Origin: an uncultured Pelagibacteraceae bacterium
Lineage (GTDB): Bacteria > Pseudomonadota > Alphaproteobacteria > Pelagibacterales > Pelagibacteraceae
Direction of reading: 5' to 3'
DNA: 64,000 bases
Assembly: GCA_902591535.1 (NCBI GenBank)
Contig: CACJBA010000003.1
Coordinates: 22,859 to 86,858 of the forward strand
The position numbers were made by a program, and so were the translations under genes. Positions 38,353-48,779 of the stretch are shown piece by piece (within the stretch, counting starts at the first letter, position 1; every line of letters begins with the position of its first letter). The notes under the pieces are model-generated. The model did not search any database. It saw nothing but the letters and a program-made list of their open reading frames with translations, and was not told the DNA's origin.

Positions 38353-38937
38353 ATGCGTGACAAGGATTTACAAGATAAACAATTAAAAGAGCAAAGTGAA
38401 AAAGTTGCAAGTAAAGACGATTTTCCAATAAATTGGATTGATAGAATTTCCCTATTTTTAAGTCACACAATTAAATACCTAATCCCCATTATAGTGATTG
38501 TGATGATGTATGAAATTTTTATGAGATATGTTTTGTTTAAACCAACATTATGGGCTAATGAATTATGTTTGTGGTTAGCGGGTGTTTGTTATTTGGTTGG
38601 AGGAATATACGCAACAAGACTAAGAAGCCATATTAGAATAGTATTATTATATGATTATGTAAGTAGACCCACACAACGAATTTTTGATTTAATTAGTACC
38701 CTTATAATTGTTACTTTTGCTGCAGCAGTAATTTATGGTGGTATGGAAGATGCATACAGATCATTTATAAATTGGGAAAGATTTGCAACTTATTGGGATC
38801 CACCAATTCCTGCAACTATGAAACCACTAACATTAATTTGTATATTTCTTATCGCTCTTCAATCGGTGAATAACCTAATTATTGACTGGAAAAATCCTAA
38901 AGAAAAACAATACCAACCTGCCAAAGATTTAAAATAA
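38353..38937 (+). CDS. dctQ: TRAP small permease
   Basis: YEIFMRY, PTLWANE, HIRI; 4 TM. Confidence 0.9.
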   Translation: MRDKDLQDKQLKEQSEKVASKDDFPINWIDRISLFLSHTIKYLIPIIVIVMMYEIFMRYVLFKPTLWANELCLWLAGVCYLVGGIYATRLRSHIRIVLLYDYVSRPTQRIFDLISTLIIVTFAAAVIYGGMEDAYRSFINWERFATYWDPPIPATMKPLTLICIFLIALQSVNNLIIDWKNPKEKQYQPAKDLK

Positions 38938-38938
38938 G

Positions 38939-40261
38939 ATGGAATTTGAGATAGGTACACTCTCGATAATACTTATTGTTGGATTATTAGCACTAATATC
39001 AATTGGTGTTCCGATGGGTTTTGCTTCAGGTTTTATGGGTGCAGTACTAGTATTTTTGTATATTGGTGAGCATGCATTAGGTATTTTACTTTCAAGATAT
39101 TATTCACTTGTTGTAACTTATTCCTTTTTATCAGTTCCTTTATTTATATTTATGGCCTCCTTACTTGAGCGCTCAAATATAGCTAGAGATTTATATGATG
39201 CTTTAAATGCTTGGCTAAGAAAAACTAGAGGTGGGGTAGGAGTAGTAACTGCGATCATGGCAACAATCATGGCTGCTATGAGTGGAATTATTGGAGGAGA
39301 AATAGTTTTATTAGGATTGATTGCGCTACCTCAGATGTTGAGATTAAAATATGATCAAGATATGTCTATTGGTATTATTTGTGCATCAGGCTCTTTAGGC
39401 ACAATGATACCTCCATCGATTGTTTTAATTATTTACGGATTAACAACAGAAACTTCAATCACAATGTTATTTCAAGAAGCTATTGTTCCAGGTTTAATGA
39501 TTTCAGGTTTAATAATTACCTACATTCTTATTCGAACAAGATTGCAACCACATCTTGCTCCTTTAAGTGATGAGCCAGCTTTAACTTTAAAAGAAAAAAT
39601 GTCATACCTCCCAGGTCTTTTACCGCCAATTGGTATAGTAATAATAGTTTTAGGTTCAATTTATTCTGGTATGACTGGAATTACCGAAGCTGCTGGAATG
39701 GGAGTTGTTGCAACCTTAATCATTATTTTTGCTAGACGAGAACTTACTTGGTTTTTATTTAAAGATGCATTGGTAAGAACTTTTAAAGCCTCAGGAACTA
39801 TTTTAACAATTACTTTTGGTGCTACAGTTTTAGCTGGGGCCTACTCTCTTGCAGGAGGACCAACTTATGTAGCTGAAACAATTTTAGCTTATGATCTAAA
39901 ACCAATGTATTTAATTTTCATGATGCAAATAATGTTTTTAATAATGGGAGCATTTATGGATTGGGTTGGAATCGTATTATTAGCGATGCCAGTATTTTTA
40001 CCAATAGTTTTAGCTCTTGGATTTGATCCAATATGGTTTGGAATTTTATTTTGTGTAAACATGCAGGTTTCATTTTTAAGCCCACCATTTGGACCTGCAG
40101 CTTTCTATTTAAAATCAGTTGCGCCTCCACATATTTCATTAACAGATATTTTTAGAGGTTTTGCTCCATTTATAGTAATTCAATTAATTGTTTTAGCTTG
40201 TGTAATGTTTTTTCCAGAGGCAATGACACAAAATTTCCACGAATTTAAACCAAAACCATGA
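38939..40261 (+). CDS. dctM: TRAP large permease
   Basis: VPLFIFM, GSLGTMIPPS, TEAAG, DPIWFG, SPPFG. Confidence 0.93.
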   Translation: MEFEIGTLSIILIVGLLALISIGVPMGFASGFMGAVLVFLYIGEHALGILLSRYYSLVVTYSFLSVPLFIFMASLLERSNIARDLYDALNAWLRKTRGGVGVVTAIMATIMAAMSGIIGGEIVLLGLIALPQMLRLKYDQDMSIGIICASGSLGTMIPPSIVLIIYGLTTETSITMLFQEAIVPGLMISGLIITYILIRTRLQPHLAPLSDEPALTLKEKMSYLPGLLPPIGIVIIVLGSIYSGMTGITEAAGMGVVATLIIIFARRELTWFLFKDALVRTFKASGTILTITFGATVLAGAYSLAGGPTYVAETILAYDLKPMYLIFMMQIMFLIMGAFMDWVGIVLLAMPVFLPIVLALGFDPIWFGILFCVNMQVSFLSPPFGPAAFYLKSVAPPHISLTDIFRGFAPFIVIQLIVLACVMFFPEAMTQNFHEFKPKP

Positions 40262-41127
40262 ATAAAATAGGCTTTATTGGAACAGGCCTTATGGGTCTAC
40301 CAATGGCTAAAAATTTATTAAAAGCAGGATTTAAATTAAAAGCTTACAATCGTTCTACAAAAAAAGCTGAACCTTTAAAAGAGCTTGGCGCAGAGGTAAC
40401 AAAAAACTTAAGTGAAGTAGTTAAAGATAATGATTTTATAATTACAATGTTAACAGATGATGTTGCTATTGATGCAATAATGAGCAATTCAGATTTTTTA
40501 GATAATTTAAAATTTAATTCAACAGTTATCGACATGAGTTCAATTAAACCAACTACTGCAAAAAAATATGGAGATATTTTAAAATTAAAAAAAATAAATT
40601 ATTTAGATGCACCTGTTTCTGGAGGAACTATTGGAGCTGAAGAAGCTTCTTTAGCTATTATGGTTGGTGGTGACCAAAGTGTTTTTGACAATTCTCTTAA
40701 TATTTTAAAAGCTATGGGAAACCCAACATTAGTAGGACCCACTGGTAGTGGCCAAGTTTCAAAGTTAGCAAATCAAATTGTTGTAGGGGTTACAATTGGA
40801 GCAGTTGCAGAGGCAATAACTTTATGTGAAAAAGCAGGTGCAGATCCAATCAAACTAATTAAAGCTCTAACCGGAGGTTGGGCAGATAGTAAAATATTAC
40901 AAACACATGGAAAAAGAATGATTGATAAAGATTTTAGTCCAAAAGGTAAAACATCGACTCATTTAAAAGATATGAATAACATTTTAGAGTGTGCAAATTC
41001 ATATAATACACATTTACCTATTTCAAATTTGGTAAAAGAAATGTATAAAACTTTAGTCGATAATGGTCATGGAAATACTGACCATAGTTCACTTTATAAT
41101 GAAATTGAAAGGATAAATAAAAAATGA
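40258..41127 (+). CDS. 2-hydroxy-3-oxopropionate reductase-like beta-hydroxyacid dehydrogenase
   Basis: GTGLMGLPMA, DAPVSGG, GSGQ.SKLANQ, KD. Confidence 0.85.
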   Translation: MNKIGFIGTGLMGLPMAKNLLKAGFKLKAYNRSTKKAEPLKELGAEVTKNLSEVVKDNDFIITMLTDDVAIDAIMSNSDFLDNLKFNSTVIDMSSIKPTTAKKYGDILKLKKINYLDAPVSGGTIGAEEASLAIMVGGDQSVFDNSLNILKAMGNPTLVGPTGSGQVSKLANQIVVGVTIGAVAEAITLCEKAGADPIKLIKALTGGWADSKILQTHGKRMIDKDFSPKGKTSTHLKDMNNILECANSYNTHLPISNLVKEMYKTLVDNGHGNTDHSSLYNEIERINKK

Positions 41128-41867
41128 GTGGTAGATTAGAAGGAAAACAAATTGTTGTTACAGCAGCTGGTCAAGGAATCGGTAAGGCAACAGCAATTGC
41201 ATTTCATAAAGAGGGCGCTCATGTAATCGCAACAGATTTAAATGATAAAACTCTGGGTGATTTAAACAAAGAATATCCTAAAATAAAAGTACAAAAGCTA
41301 GACTCAACAGATAACAAAGCAATATCAGAATTTACAAAATCCTTAGATAAAGTTGATGTTTTGTTTAATGCAGTTGGTTTTGTCCATCACGGAACTATCC
41401 TTGATTGTGAAGAAAAAGATTGGGACTTTTCATTTGATGTAAATATTAAATCTATGTATTTTATGTGTAGAGCAATCTTGCCTTTAATGATCAAGCAAAA
41501 TGGAGGAAGTATAATTAATATTTCTTCAATAGCTTCTAGTTTAAAAGGTTTACCAAATCGATTTGTTTACGGTGCATCAAAGGCAGCAATTATTGGTTTA
41601 ACAAAATCAATTGCTTCAGATTTTGTTAAGCAAAATATCAGATGCAATGCAATAGCGCCTGGAACTGTTTTCTCTCCTTCCTGGCAAGAAAGAGTGAATC
41701 AAAGTCCAGATCCTGTTCAAGCAAAGAAAGATTTTATAGCAAGACAGCCCATGGGGAGATTAGGAACAGCTGAAGAAATTGCATCTATGGCTATTTATTT
41801 AGCTGGAGATGAATCGACATTTACAACAGGCAATACATTTTCTGTTGATGGTGGAATGACAATTTAA
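41124..41867 (+). CDS. SDR, 2-keto-3-deoxy-L-fuconate/pentonate 4-dehydrogenase (BDH2-like)
   Basis: TAAGQGIG, GFVHHGTILDC, NRFVYGASK, FIARQPMGRLG. Confidence 0.8.
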   Translation: MSGRLEGKQIVVTAAGQGIGKATAIAFHKEGAHVIATDLNDKTLGDLNKEYPKIKVQKLDSTDNKAISEFTKSLDKVDVLFNAVGFVHHGTILDCEEKDWDFSFDVNIKSMYFMCRAILPLMIKQNGGSIINISSIASSLKGLPNRFVYGASKAAIIGLTKSIASDFVKQNIRCNAIAPGTVFSPSWQERVNQSPDPVQAKKDFIARQPMGRLGTAEEIASMAIYLAGDESTFTTGNTFSVDGGMTI

Positions 41868-41884
41868 ATATAAAAGGAGAAATA

Positions 41885-42727
41885 ATGAAACTATTAAGAG
41901 TGGGTGAAAAAGGAAAAGAAAAACCAGCTATTGTGGATAAGGATGGTAAAATTAGGGATATAAGTTCTCATGTTAAAGATTTAAATCCTGATTTTTTAAA
42001 CTTCGAGACTTTTGCAAAGCTACAAAGTGCTGATTTATCGAATTTACCTGAATTATCTTCAAATGAAAGAATAGGTTCGTGTATAACTAACCCAGGTAAG
42101 TTTATAGCTATAGGTCTTAATTATTCAGATCATGCAGCTGAAGTTGGAGCTGATATTCCTAAAGAACCAATAGTGTTTATGAAGGCAACTAGCTGCATAG
42201 TTGGACCTAACGATGATGTTGAAATTGTTTCAGGATCAAAAAAATTAGACTGGGAAGTAGAGCTTGGTATTGTAATAGGTAAAGAAGCTAAACATATTAA
42301 AGAAAATCAATCACAAGACCATATTTTAGGTTATTGTTTAGTAAATGATGTAAGTGAACGTGAATGGCAACTTGAAAAAATGGGACAGTGGGTTAAAGGG
42401 AAATCTCATGACACGTATGGCCCTGTTGGTCCGCATTTAGTTACTAAGGATGAAATTGCAGACGTTAACAACTTAAAGATGAGTTTAGATGTTAATGGAA
42501 AAAGAATGCAAACAGGAAATACAAGCACAATGATATTTAACGTTGATGTTATAGTATCTTATTTGAGTAAATATATGTCTCTTCAAGCAGGAGATATAAT
42601 TACGACCGGAACACCTCCTGGTGTAGGCATGGGCATGAAACCTCAGCAGTTTTTAAAAACTGGTGATACTATGAAGTTATCTATTGAAAATTTAGGAGAG
42701 CAAAACTCAAAAGTAGTAGCTTTGTAA
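41885..42727 (+). CDS. Fumarylacetoacetate hydrolase family (2,4-diketo-3-deoxy-aldonate hydrolase-like)
   Basis: MKLLR.G..G.EKP, IGLNYSDH, DWEVEL, NDVSER, TGTPPGVG. Confidence 0.85.
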   Translation: MKLLRVGEKGKEKPAIVDKDGKIRDISSHVKDLNPDFLNFETFAKLQSADLSNLPELSSNERIGSCITNPGKFIAIGLNYSDHAAEVGADIPKEPIVFMKATSCIVGPNDDVEIVSGSKKLDWEVELGIVIGKEAKHIKENQSQDHILGYCLVNDVSEREWQLEKMGQWVKGKSHDTYGPVGPHLVTKDEIADVNNLKMSLDVNGKRMQTGNTSTMIFNVDVIVSYLSKYMSLQAGDIITTGTPPGVGMGMKPQQFLKTGDTMKLSIENLGEQNSKVVAL

Positions 42728-42732
42728 TTATT

Positions 42733-43905
42733 GTGAAGATAACTTCTATTAAAAGTCATGTACTTAGATATGAGTTAGAAAAAGAACTTGGGTACTCACA
42801 ACAATATTATAAGCATCGTACAGCCCACCTAGTAGAGGTTCAAACTGATGATGGGATTACTGGTTGGGGAGAGTGTTTTGGCCCAGGCAATATTGCACTA
42901 GCGAATAAGTTTATTGTTGAGAAGGTTATACAGCCCCTAATTTTAGGCGAAGATCCTTTAAATAAAGAGCATATTTGGCAAAAAGTTTATAATCTTTTAA
43001 GAGATAGTGGTCAAAAAGGTATGCCAATACAAGCTTTGTCAGGTATTGATATAGCTTTATGGGATATTCTTGGAAAGAAAACAAGCGCTCCTCTCTATCA
43101 GCTTCTTGGCGGCAAATGTAATAATGATGTTCCAGTTTATGGATATGGAATGATGTTACAAAAAAAATCTGCTGATGAATTGATCGACTTGTTCAAAGAA
43201 GAATCTAAGCAAATAAAATCAAAAAATTTTAAAGCCATGAAAATGAAAGTTGGATTAGGTCCAAAAGAGGATTTAAAATTGGTTCAAGCTGTACGAGACT
43301 CTATTGGAAAAGATTTTAAATTAATGGTTGATGCAAATCATGCTTATAATTTGAAAGATGCTCTTTATGTTGGAAAAGGTTTGGATGAACTAGGTATTTA
43401 TTGGTTTGAAGAACCCGTTGCGCCTGAAGATTATGAAGGTTATAGAGAATTAAAACAAAAAATAAATACTAGTATTGCAGGTGGAGAAGCTGAATTTACT
43501 AAATATGGCTGGAATAAACTAATATCAAATAAATGCATAGATATAGCTCAACCAGAGGTTTGTGGACTTGGAGGAATTACTGAGTATTTAAAAGTTGCAG
43601 CATTAGCACAAGCTAATTTTATACCGGTAATTAATCATGTATGGGGCTCTGCAATTAGTATTGCAGTCAACCTTCATTTGTTAACAGCTCAGCCAGATAT
43701 GCCTGGTGGCTTATTTCCATCAAAATCTATGCTCGAGTTTGATACAACTGAAAAAAATATTTTTATCACAGATTTGCCAAAGGAAGAATTTTCAATTTTA
43801 GACCAAGTTAAAAACAATAACGGTTTTGCATCAGTAACTGAGAATATAGGTATTGGCATTAATCCTGATGAAAATTTTATAAAGGAGTTTGAGGTAAATG
43901 AATAA
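42733..43905 (+). CDS. Mandelate racemase/enolase superfamily (galactarolactone cycloisomerase-like)
   Basis: GWGECFGP, NLLRDSGQKG, SGIDIALWD, KMK, DAN, EEP, GE, HVWG. Confidence 0.8.
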   Translation: MKITSIKSHVLRYELEKELGYSQQYYKHRTAHLVEVQTDDGITGWGECFGPGNIALANKFIVEKVIQPLILGEDPLNKEHIWQKVYNLLRDSGQKGMPIQALSGIDIALWDILGKKTSAPLYQLLGGKCNNDVPVYGYGMMLQKKSADELIDLFKEESKQIKSKNFKAMKMKVGLGPKEDLKLVQAVRDSIGKDFKLMVDANHAYNLKDALYVGKGLDELGIYWFEEPVAPEDYEGYRELKQKINTSIAGGEAEFTKYGWNKLISNKCIDIAQPEVCGLGGITEYLKVAALAQANFIPVINHVWGSAISIAVNLHLLTAQPDMPGGLFPSKSMLEFDTTEKNIFITDLPKEEFSILDQVKNNNGFASVTENIGIGINPDENFIKEFEVNE

Positions 43906-44809
43906 AATAAAAACCTCTGAACCAAAACCTCTTTGGAAAATAAGATGTACTTTAGGTGAAGGAACATTATGGGTTAGTGAACATAGCTCAATTTATTTTG
44001 TAGATATTAAAAAAAAGAAAATTTTCTCTTTCAATATTAAAAATAAAAAAAAGAAAATATTTAAAGTAAATAAAGAAATTGGTTTTATAGCTCATATCAA
44101 AGATTATATTTTTATTTTAGGTCTCCAGGGAGAATTAAGAATTCAAAATTTAAAATCAAAAAAAATTTTAAAATCAATAAAGATAGAACCTAACTTGAAG
44201 CTAAATAGAATTAATGATGGAAAAACTGATCCTGCTGGAAATCTTTGGTTTGGTACCATGGATAACCTGGAGAGAAAAATTGAAAAAGGATCTTTGTATA
44301 AATTAGATAAAAATTTTAAATTAATTAAAGTAGATAAAAATTATAGAATTACTAACGGACCAGCATTTATCGATCACCATAATTTTTATCACACAGATAG
44401 CCCAAAAAAAATTATCTATAAAATTAAGATAAATAAAAACAATAAAATAGTAAGTAAAAAAATATTTAAAAAATTATCACCTGAAGAAGGATCGCCAGAT
44501 GGTATGACCTTAGATAAAAATAAAAATTTATGGGTAGCTCATTTCAATGGTGCATGTGTTTCCGTATTTAATCAAAAAGCAAAATTAATTCACAGAATTC
44601 AGTTTCCAGCAAAAAATATAACTAATTGTGCATTTGGAGGTAAAAATACTAAAGAACTTTATATTTCAACAGCTACAAAAGGTATGAGCAAAGCAGATTT
44701 GCGAAATTTTAGATATTCTGGATTCTTTTTTAGTGTAAAAACAAATACAAGAGGAGTTTTACAAAAAAAATTTATTTTAAGTAATGAAAAAAAGAGATCT
44801 TTACTATGA
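43898..44809 (+). CDS. SMP-30/gluconolactonase family sugar lactonase
   Basis: LGEG, R.NDGK.DP.G, NGP, PDG, TNCAFGG. Confidence 0.9.
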   Translation: MNKIKTSEPKPLWKIRCTLGEGTLWVSEHSSIYFVDIKKKKIFSFNIKNKKKKIFKVNKEIGFIAHIKDYIFILGLQGELRIQNLKSKKILKSIKIEPNLKLNRINDGKTDPAGNLWFGTMDNLERKIEKGSLYKLDKNFKLIKVDKNYRITNGPAFIDHHNFYHTDSPKKIIYKIKINKNNKIVSKKIFKKLSPEEGSPDGMTLDKNKNLWVAHFNGACVSVFNQKAKLIHRIQFPAKNITNCAFGGKNTKELYISTATKGMSKADLRNFRYSGFFFSVKTNTRGVLQKKFILSNEKKRSLL

Positions 44810-47474
44810 ACGAATACCAACAAAGCTTCTAAGGGAAGATATTAGATTATTAGGAACTTTTCTTGGAAGAGTAATTAAAGACCAGGAGGGTTTAGTTTTT
44901 TTTGAAATTGTAGAGAAATTTAGATTATTATCAAAAAACACACTTTCAGATAAAAATAAAACTAGAATATTTTCAAAAATTTCGAAAGAAGTAAAAAAAC
45001 TTTCTCCAAACAATACTTGTAAATTAACAAGAGCATTTTCACATATTTTAAATTTAATGAATTTAGCTGAGTCACTAGATGCATCTAGAAAGTTAAATGA
45101 GTTTGAAAATCCATATTTTAAAAGCAAAAACCAAAATCTTTTCATAGAAGATATAATTGAAGGTTTATTTAAAAACAGAAAAATTTCAGATAAAAAAATT
45201 TACGAACAAGCAACAAAACTTGATATAGGCATTGTCCTTACTGCCCATCCTACTGAGGTAAAAAGGAGAACCTTAATCCAAAAATATGCCAATTTAATTG
45301 AAATTATGGAGCAAAGACATCTTTATAAAAAATATCCATCAAAAATAATAGAATTAGATAGAAAGCTTTATTCAGAAATTGCAATCATATGGAAAACAGA
45401 TGAACTAAAAAGGACTAAACCATCTCCATTAGATGAAGCAAGGTGGGGTTTAGCTGTTATAGAGGATAGTCTATGGGACACCATTCCTAAAGTTTACAAA
45501 AGACTTAACGACATATTCAGAAAAAATTTAAAGAAAGATCTGCCTCGTGATTTCAATCCAATTCAATTTGGATCCTGGATGGGTGGAGATAGAGATGGGA
45601 ATCCCAATGTAACAGCTGAAGTTACAAAAAAAGTAATATTATTTTCTAGATGGCAAGCTGCAAAATTATATGAAAAAGAACTCACACAATTGATTCAAGA
45701 TTTATCAATGAAAGAATGCTCATTAAAGATTAAAAGAGCAACAGGAAATAGTTTTGAACCTTATAGAGTTTACTTAAGACCAATTAGGGATAAAGTAAGA
45801 TTAACCCATCAATTAATCGAAAGTCATTTAAATAACAACACAGCGCTAGATGAAAAAAAATTAATTCAAAATAAAAAAGAAATTACGCTACCATTAAGAG
45901 AAGTAAGAAATTCATTAAAAGTGAACCGAGGTGAACATATCGCAAATGCAGATTTGTTAGATTTAATGAGAAGAGTTAGATGTTTTGGAATTAATCTAGC
46001 AAGATTAGATATTAGACAAGAAGCTGATAGGCATGGAAAACTTTTAAATGAAATTTTTAGAAAGAAAAAAAATATTAAATTCTTTTCTTTAAGTGAAGTG
46101 GAAAAAATAAAATTATTAAACAAAACAATAAAACAAAAAAAATTATTTGTTGATAAATTAAAAATAAACAACAAAGAAAATAAAGAAGTTTGGAATACTT
46201 TTAAAGAAATATCCAAAACTCCAGATGAATGTTTAGGTGCTTATGTTATATCAATGACATCCACAGCATCTGACATATTGTCTGTTTATTTTTTGCAAAT
46301 GCAGGCAAAAATTAAAAATTTAATAAGAGTCGTTCCACTTTTCGAAACTTTAGATGATTTAAAGAATGCTAATGGAGTTATGGCTAATTTATTCAAACTC
46401 CCTTGGTACAGAAAAATGATTAATTCAAAACAAGAAGTGATGATTGGCTACTCAGATTCTAGCAAAGATGCTGGTAAGTTATCTGCCAGCTGGCATCAAT
46501 ACAAACTTCAAGAAGAGCTTAGAAATTTAGCAAAGAAATACAATATAGATCTTGTATTTTTTCACGGTAGAGGAGGTTCTCCAGGTAGAGGAGGTGGTCC
46601 AATTCAGGCAACCTTAAAATCACAACCTTCTGGAACTGTTAATGGAAAAATTAGAATTACTGATCAAGGAGAGGTAATACAACAAAAGTATGGTTACAAA
46701 CCTTTAGCCGAATATAACCTCTGTAGTTATATTGGTTCTGTAATGGATGCTTCTTTAAATCCACCACCAAAATCAAAAACCAAGTGGCGTGAATTAATTG
46801 AAAAAATGTCAGAAATTTCTACATCCTCATATAGAAAATATTTAAACCAAAGTGAAGATTTTATTCGTTATTTTAAAATTGTTACACCTCATAAATCACT
46901 TGGAAAACTTGCAATTGGTTCAAGACCGACCAAAAGAAAGAATGTTGATAACATTCAAAGTTTAAGAGCTATCCCCTGGGTATTTGCTTGGACGCAAATT
47001 AGATTAATGTTACCTGCGTGGCTTGGGACAACTGAGGCATTGAGATATGGATCTATTAAAAAGTTTAAAAAAACAATGACAGATATGGAAAGAAATTGGC
47101 CTTATTTTGTATCAACTATGGATATTTTAGACATGGTTATTTCTAAGGTAGATCCAGAAATATCAGTTATATACGAAAATAATTTAGCTGATGCTTCATT
47201 AAAAAGAATTGGTAAGAAATTAAGATTTCAATTTGAAGCACTGGTCAAATTGCATAATAAAATTACTCCAAAGGAAGTGATAAAAGAAAGAAAACAATTT
47301 AGAAAATCGTTATTTATAAGAAATAATTATACAGAAATGTTAAATATACTTCAGGCTAATGTGATGAATAAATTAACAAGTAAAAAATATAAAAGTTCAG
47401 ATAAAAAATTCCTTGAAGATGCTTTAATGACCTCGATTGCAGGTATTTCTGCGGCGATGAAAAATACTGGATAA
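44784..47474 (+). CDS. ppc: Phosphoenolpyruvate carboxylase
   Basis: VLTAHPT, WMGGDRDGN, MIGYSDSSKDAG, FHGRGG, LRAIPW, KNTG. Confidence 0.97.
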   Translation: MKKRDLYYERIPTKLLREDIRLLGTFLGRVIKDQEGLVFFEIVEKFRLLSKNTLSDKNKTRIFSKISKEVKKLSPNNTCKLTRAFSHILNLMNLAESLDASRKLNEFENPYFKSKNQNLFIEDIIEGLFKNRKISDKKIYEQATKLDIGIVLTAHPTEVKRRTLIQKYANLIEIMEQRHLYKKYPSKIIELDRKLYSEIAIIWKTDELKRTKPSPLDEARWGLAVIEDSLWDTIPKVYKRLNDIFRKNLKKDLPRDFNPIQFGSWMGGDRDGNPNVTAEVTKKVILFSRWQAAKLYEKELTQLIQDLSMKECSLKIKRATGNSFEPYRVYLRPIRDKVRLTHQLIESHLNNNTALDEKKLIQNKKEITLPLREVRNSLKVNRGEHIANADLLDLMRRVRCFGINLARLDIRQEADRHGKLLNEIFRKKKNIKFFSLSEVEKIKLLNKTIKQKKLFVDKLKINNKENKEVWNTFKEISKTPDECLGAYVISMTSTASDILSVYFLQMQAKIKNLIRVVPLFETLDDLKNANGVMANLFKLPWYRKMINSKQEVMIGYSDSSKDAGKLSASWHQYKLQEELRNLAKKYNIDLVFFHGRGGSPGRGGGPIQATLKSQPSGTVNGKIRITDQGEVIQQKYGYKPLAEYNLCSYIGSVMDASLNPPPKSKTKWRELIEKMSEISTSSYRKYLNQSEDFIRYFKIVTPHKSLGKLAIGSRPTKRKNVDNIQSLRAIPWVFAWTQIRLMLPAWLGTTEALRYGSIKKFKKTMTDMERNWPYFVSTMDILDMVISKVDPEISVIYENNLADASLKRIGKKLRFQFEALVKLHNKITPKEVIKERKQFRKSLFIRNNYTEMLNILQANVMNKLTSKKYKSSDKKFLEDALMTSIAGISAAMKNTG

Positions 47475-48182
47475 ATGTTTGAATACCTAATTGCTTTTGG
47501 AGCAGGACTTATAAGTTTTTTATCTCCATGTGTTTTACCTTTAATTCCAGGTTATATCTCATATATATCTGGTCAGTCGTTACAAGAAATTTTAAATCAA
47601 AAAAAAATAAACTTTTTTCCTCTAGTTTTATTTTGTTTGGGCTTTTCAACTGTGTTTGTTATTTTAGGAGCCTCAGCATCATTTCTTGGACAAGCTTTTT
47701 TACAAAACTCTGATGTTTTAAGAGTTGTAGCAGGAATAATTATAATTATTTTCTCTCTTCAATTGATTGGAGTAATTAATATTCCATATCTAAACTTTGA
47801 AAAAAGATTCGATGCAAAAGAATCCAGAAATATTCTTTTTCCATATGTGATTGGTCTTGCCTTTGGTTTTGGGTGGACACCATGCATAGGTCCAATTCTA
47901 GGTTCAATTTTAGCTTTGGCATCTATTGAAGAAACCCTATCAAGAGCAATTATATTATTGATTTGTTATTCATTAGGTCTTGCAATTCCATTTGTTTTAT
48001 CTGGATATTTAATTCAGAAATTTTTGCTATTTTCTAAAAATTTTAAAAAAAATATTAATTTAATATCAAAAATTGGAGGAATAACCTTATTAGTTACAGG
48101 TATCTTAATTTTAACCAATCAATTGCAAGCAATTGGTTTTTATATAATTGAAATCTTTCCCTTTATGCAAAAATTCGGGTAA
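47475..48182 (+). CDS. ccdA: Cytochrome c biogenesis protein CcdA
   Basis: SFLSPCVLPL and WTPCIGP. Confidence 0.93.
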   Translation: MFEYLIAFGAGLISFLSPCVLPLIPGYISYISGQSLQEILNQKKINFFPLVLFCLGFSTVFVILGASASFLGQAFLQNSDVLRVVAGIIIIIFSLQLIGVINIPYLNFEKRFDAKESRNILFPYVIGLAFGFGWTPCIGPILGSILALASIEETLSRAIILLICYSLGLAIPFVLSGYLIQKFLLFSKNFKKNINLISKIGGITLLVTGILILTNQLQAIGFYIIEIFPFMQKFG

Positions 48183-48191
48183 AAGGTATTG

Positions 48192-48779
48192 ATGAAAATT
48201 TACCAAATAGACTCTAGCGCTCGAAAAAAAGGCTCAACTTCTAGAGCTTTAGCAAAAAAGTTATTAGATAAAGTTAAAAAGCCAGGTGATGAAGTAATTT
48301 ATAGAGATTTAGACGATGAAATGCTTTTTGTAAGCGGGCTAACAGAATCTGGAATGAATATAGATGAAAAAGATCAAACAGAGGAACATAAAAAAATGTT
48401 CGAACTTTCTAATAAGCTAGTGAAAGAATTAAAAGAAAGCGATGTGATTATAATTTCAGCTCCAATTTATAATTACGGTCCTCCAGCAACCTTAAAAGCT
48501 TGGTCAGATTTAGCTGCTCGAATAGGTGAAACTTTTAGATTCAAACCTAATGGTAGGAGAGAAGGGTTATTAAAAAATAAACATGCTTATCTAGTTATCA
48601 CTTCTGGTGGAACAAAGTTGAATAGTTCAGAAGATTTTTTAACACCTTGGCTAAAATTTATTCTTAATTTTTTTGGTATAGAGAAAGTAGATATTATTAG
48701 CGCAGATCAAATGGCACTTGATTATGAAAAATCTATCAAAGAAGCTGAAACTCAAATCGAAAATTTATTTAAAGATTAA
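48192..48779 (+). CDS. azoR: FMN-dependent NADH-azoreductase/quinone reductase
   Basis: DSSAR..GSTSR, APIYNY..PA.LKAW.D, TSGG. Confidence 0.88.
   Translation: MKIYQIDSSARKKGSTSRALAKKLLDKVKKPGDEVIYRDLDDEMLFVSGLTESGMNIDEKDQTEEHKKMFELSNKLVKELKESDVIIISAPIYNYGPPATLKAWSDLAARIGETFRFKPNGRREGLLKNKHAYLVITSGGTKLNSSEDFLTPWLKFILNFFGIEKVDIISADQMALDYEKSIKEAETQIENLFKD

Noticed and set aside
43898-44809. Extreme Lys/A-richness as a sign of horizontal transfer or decay
   Set aside because: Catalytic motifs are intact, and similar bias appears in other genes here, as expected in an AT-rich genome.
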